A DNA stretch of 64,000 bases, from positions 4,000,001-4,064,000 of the forward strand of contig OZ271854.1 in the NCBI GenBank assembly GCA_965601925.1. The letters are read 5' to 3'. This DNA is from Alkalispirochaeta sp. (GTDB lineage Bacteria; Spirochaetota; Spirochaetia; DSM-27196; Alkalispirochaetaceae). The translations under genes were made by a program, and so were the position numbers. The notes under the pieces were generated by a model. It was not told where the DNA came from, made no database searches, and saw only the letters and a list, made by a program, of their open reading frames with translations. Numbering within the stretch: the first letter of the stretch is position 1; each line of letters starts with the position of its first letter. This document shows, in pieces, positions 60,601 through 64,000 of the stretch.

Positions 60601-61245
60601 TTGAAGATCTTCCTTGATACCGCTGATGTACACCAGATAAAAGAGGTCAAGCGTCTCGGCATTCTCGACGGCGTCACGACAAATCCATCGCACGTCGCCA
60701 AGACCGGCCGTCGTCCCGCGGATCTCTACCCCGAAATCTGCGCACTGTGCGACGGACCGGTAAGTCTTGAGACGGTTGCATTGGAGGCGGACGAGATCGT
60801 CGCCGAGGGGCGAGAGCTCGCGCGGATCGCCGATAACGTCGTCGTGAAGGTGCCGGTGATGAAAGAGGGGCTCATCGCAGTGCGAAGTCTCGCGGCGGAG
60901 GGCATCAAGACCAACGTAACGGTGGCCTATTCGGCGACACAGGCGTTGCTCGCGGCAAAGGCGGGGGCGCGTTACATTAGCCCCTTCATCGGTCGTCTCG
61001 ACAGCATATCTCACGAGGGGCGGCAGCTGGTGCACCAGATTCGTGAGATCTACGATAACTACGGGTTTGAGACCGAACTGTTGGTGGCCGCGGTACGCAA
61101 CCCGATGCACGTCCTGGATGCGGCGCTCGTCGGCGCCGATGTGTGCACCATGGCCTTCGACATCCTCATGCAGCTCTACGACCATCCGCTCACCGACGCC
61201 GGCATTGCGCAGTTTCTCGCGGACTGGGACACCGTTCCGCAGTAG
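60601..61245 (+). CDS. tal: Transaldolase family protein (short Tal/Fsa type)
   Basis: IFLDTAD, DGVTTNPS, VVVKVP (Schiff-base Lys), TNVT, and SPFIGR (Phe = transaldolase type rather than FSA). TTG start after GGAG. Confidence 0.88.
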   Translation: MKIFLDTADVHQIKEVKRLGILDGVTTNPSHVAKTGRRPADLYPEICALCDGPVSLETVALEADEIVAEGRELARIADNVVVKVPVMKEGLIAVRSLAAEGIKTNVTVAYSATQALLAAKAGARYISPFIGRLDSISHEGRQLVHQIREIYDNYGFETELLVAAVRNPMHVLDAALVGADVCTMAFDILMQLYDHPLTDAGIAQFLADWDTVPQ

Positions 61246-61264
61246 CCTCCTACAGGAGTAAGAC

Positions 61265-62695
61265 ATGGACCCAAAACGACTCTATATAGACGGTCAATGG
61301 ATCGAAACGGGCCGCACGTTTACCGTCGTGAATCCCGGAACGGGGACCCCCTTAGCCGAGGTGGTTTCCGCGGGACGTGCCGAGACGAGGATCGCCGTCG
61401 AGTCGGCCTCGACGGCGCTTCCGGCGTGGAGTGCTCTCACCGGCATCCGGCGCGGAGACTATCTCCTTGCGGTAGCCGACGCGTTGGCGCGCCGTCGCGA
61501 AGAGGTTGCGCGCACCATCACCGAGGAAAACGGGAAGCCCGTCGCACAGAGTCGCGGGGAGGTCGCCGTTGCGATCGACCACCTCCGGTGGTTTGCCGAG
61601 GAGGCGCGGCGCGGCTACGGACGAGTCGTACCCCATCAGGCCGACGGAAAGCGGCACGTCGTCCTCAAGCAGCCGGTCGGTGTCGTCGGCCTGATCGCGC
61701 CGTGGAACTTCCCGTTAGTCCTCGCCATACGTAAGCTCGCGCCCGCCCTCGCCGCGGGGTGTACCACGATTCTCCGCCCCGCGCGCCAGACGCCGCTGTG
61801 TGCGATCGCCCTCGCCGAGTGCGTCGAGGAGGCGAGTCTTCCCCGTGGCGTCTTTCACATGCTCACCGGACCGGGCGAGCCGATCACGGCGGAGTTTATG
61901 GAAAACCCGACGGTGCGCAAAATCAGCTTCACCGGATCGACGGAGGTCGGAAAGAGTCTTATCGAGCAATCGGCCAAGACCGTAACCGATCTCTCGCTGG
62001 AACTCGGCGGCCACGCGCCCCTCCTCGTGTTTGCCGACGCCGATCTGGAGCTCGCCGTCGAGGGAGCGCTGATTACCAAGTTTCGCAACACCGGCCAATC
62101 GTGCATCGCTTCGAACCGTATCTACGTCGAGCGAACGATATACGAGGAGTTTCTCGATCGCTTCACGGAGCGCACGCGGAGTCTGAAAGTCGGTTACGGC
62201 TTAGAAGACGGCGTCGATATCGGACCGGTAATCAACCGAGAGGGTCTCGAGACCGCACTGGCCCATGTGGAAAACGCCGTCGCCGCCGGTGCTCGTCTAT
62301 TGTGCGGCGGTCGCGCGGTTGAGGACACACAAGGCTTCTATCTCGAGCCGACCGTTATCGCCGACGTTCCCGACGACGCGCTGTGCATGCACGAGGAGAC
62401 CTTTGCGCCTGTGGCGCCGGTCACCGCATTCGACTCCGAAGAGGAGGCTCTCGAGCGAGCCAATGCGAGTCGCTACGGGCTTGCCGCCTACGCCTATACC
62501 TCCGATCTCAACCGCAGCTGGCGTCTGGCCGAGCGGCTGGAAGCGGGAACGGTCGCCATCAACGACGCGGTACCGTCGACCAGCAACGCCCCCTTCGGCG
62601 GGGTAAAAGAGAGCGGCCTCGGGCGCGAACTCGGAATCGAGGGCATGGAAGCCTTTATGGAGACGAAGCATATCTCCTACGGCGGTATCTCCTAA
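61265..62695 (+). CDS. gabD: NAD(P)-dependent aldehyde dehydrogenase, succinate-semialdehyde dehydrogenase-like
   Basis: PWNFP, FTGSTEVG, LELGGHAP, FRNTGQSCIA, EETFAP and PFGGVKESGLGRE. Substrate unproven. Confidence 0.8.
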   Translation: MDPKRLYIDGQWIETGRTFTVVNPGTGTPLAEVVSAGRAETRIAVESASTALPAWSALTGIRRGDYLLAVADALARRREEVARTITEENGKPVAQSRGEVAVAIDHLRWFAEEARRGYGRVVPHQADGKRHVVLKQPVGVVGLIAPWNFPLVLAIRKLAPALAAGCTTILRPARQTPLCAIALAECVEEASLPRGVFHMLTGPGEPITAEFMENPTVRKISFTGSTEVGKSLIEQSAKTVTDLSLELGGHAPLLVFADADLELAVEGALITKFRNTGQSCIASNRIYVERTIYEEFLDRFTERTRSLKVGYGLEDGVDIGPVINREGLETALAHVENAVAAGARLLCGGRAVEDTQGFYLEPTVIADVPDDALCMHEETFAPVAPVTAFDSEEEALERANASRYGLAAYAYTSDLNRSWRLAERLEAGTVAINDAVPSTSNAPFGGVKESGLGRELGIEGMEAFMETKHISYGGIS

Positions 62696-62731
62696 AGACA
62701 CGCGCCCTTTCTCGATATGGGAGCGCCGACG

Positions 62732-63334
62732 ATGCGCGTTTTTGTGGGAATGCGGTTGGACGATGCGGCCCGCGGACATCTCGCCGACCGATGCGCCGCC
62801 TTCGACGGGACCGCGTTGCGGCGCGTTCAGCCGGCCAACTACCATGTGACGCTCCAGTTCATCGGTGAGGTCTCAGAGCGCGAGGTAGCGTCGATCATAG
62901 GTGTCCTCGACGCCGCCGTTTCTCGTCACTCGATCGCAACGCGGCAGGGTAAAGAGGGACGCATCACGGACGACATCGGCCGGTGGGGTGCGTTTCCGTC
63001 CCGAACGCACCCGCGCGTGGTATGGGCGGGGTTTTCCGACTCGCACGGGGCGCTTCAGGGCCTGGCCGAGTCGGTGCGCGCCGCTCTCGGACGGCTCGAA
63101 CTTGGCGCCCCGAACCGCCCGTTCCGCGCACACGTCACCGTCGGGTACCCCCGTCGTAGCCGAACGGCTTCTTCGGGCGGGAAAATGCTTTCCGACGTTC
63201 TTCGTTCGCCCTTCGGAGCCCCGATTTCGGTGCGATTTCGCTCCATAGCGCTTATCAAGAGCGAACCGGGCGCGGCGGGCTCACGGTATACCGATCTTGC
63301 GGAGTGGCCGTTGTCGACGCACCGTCACGCGTAA
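62732..63334 (+). CDS. thpR: RNA 2',3'-cyclic phosphodiesterase (2H phosphoesterase)
   Basis: MRVFVG, YHVTLQFIG, PRVVWAG and FRAHVTVG (two HxT motifs). Start 62732 or 62717. Confidence 0.88.
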   Translation: MRVFVGMRLDDAARGHLADRCAAFDGTALRRVQPANYHVTLQFIGEVSEREVASIIGVLDAAVSRHSIATRQGKEGRITDDIGRWGAFPSRTHPRVVWAGFSDSHGALQGLAESVRAALGRLELGAPNRPFRAHVTVGYPRRSRTASSGGKMLSDVLRSPFGAPISVRFRSIALIKSEPGAAGSRYTDLAEWPLSTHRHA

Positions 63335-63428
63335 GGGGACCCTAACCGGACCCGTAAGCCGGCGTTCTCACCACTCCGCGCGACTACGACTTCGCGGGGA
63401 CCGGCGCGTTCCGGCTCTGAGGCCTCCC

Positions 63429-63480
63429 TTTACAACGAACCGTGAACCCGGTACTATTACTTAGTTTCTGAAAATAACTA
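63429..63480 (+). promoter_or_regulatory. Sigma70-type promoter with adjacent palindromic operator
   Basis: TTTACA (63429-63434)-17 nt-TACTAT (63452-63457), then TTAGTTTCTGAAAATAACTA (63461-63480). Confidence 0.65.
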
Positions 63481-63579
63481 TCCACCCCACCGTAACGGTC
63501 GGCTGTGTGTCGTCCGATTCCGACGATGGGCGCCGTTACGGGGCGTCGTTTGTCGCGGGGATGACACAAGGGAGAATCG

Positions 63580-64000
63580 ATGGGTATTGAACACATCAGT
63601 CAGCGCGCGCGCGAGACGGGCATCATAGAGGATCCGAAAATCGGACTCCTTATCATGGGACGTAAACGACCGGGATTCGATCCCGAGTGGGGTGCGGAAA
63701 TCAAGGGCAAAATCGTAACGGTGTTGAAAGAACTCCCGTGGGACGTCACGACTCCCTCCGACAACATAGCCGACGAGGCCGCGTTGCGCCGTTCGGTAGA
63801 AGAGTGTCGCACCGCGGGCGTTACGACGATGATCGTCGTGCAACCTACGATCTCCGACGGCCGTCTGGCTCCGTTGCTCTCTCGACTATGGGCAAAGCCG
63901 CTCATCCTCTGGGCGACTCCGGAGAAGCCGACCGGCGCGATGATCAGCGCCAACTCACTGGTCGGTACCCACGCCATGGCGGCGACCCTTCGGCAGCTGG
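63580..64000 (+). CDS. L-fucose/L-arabinose isomerase-family protein, N-terminal part, runs off the window edge
   Basis: Manual translation: MGIEHISQRARETGIIEDPKIGLLIMGRKRPGFD...VVQPTISDGRLAP...PLILWATPE...ISANSLVG. SD GGGAG. Not in the ORF track because no stop lies in the window. Confidence 0.65.
   Translation, partial: MGIEHISQRARETGIIEDPKIGLLIMGRKRPGFDPEWGAEIKGKIVTVLKELPWDVTTPSDNIADEAALRRSVEECRTAGVTTMIVVQPTISDGRLAPLLSRLWAKPLILWATPEKPTGAMISANSLVGTHAMAATLRQL

Overview
This is a GC-rich (roughly 60% by eye), gene-dense bacterial chromosome segment. It is most likely from a free-living spirochaete (Spirochaetia). That assignment is inferred from the 'xAGGxxE'-type sugar-binding-protein signal peptides and a FecR/beta-barrel envelope cluster. 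Most of the window is housekeeping and metabolism: gpmA, sufS, sodA, a D,D-carboxypeptidase, fucI-fucU, recQ, acs, two chemoreceptors, two sugar ABC clusters, tRNA-Val(TAC) and tRNA-Leu(TAA). No transposase, integrase, cas gene or rRNA is recognisable. Three regions stand out. (1) A 137-bp-period array follows tRNA-Leu (42531-42950). It has 92-nt structured constant blocks that end in a 19-nt copy of the tRNA 3' end, separated by variable segments of exactly 45 nt. (2) A six-gene minus-strand operon (14028-21190) encodes a small exported protein, a predicted outer-membrane beta-barrel, a FecR-domain protein, an acidic (EP)13-linker lipoprotein and two paralogous GT-A-like proteins. One paralog has an N-terminal RRE/PqqD-like domain and the other looks catalytically degenerate. 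(3) A sugar-catabolic region (52.6-64 kb) has three promoters that share an AT-rich TT-N9-AA operator, and its transaldolase has an altered phosphate pocket. All functional calls come from motif recognition by eye; no database searches were run.
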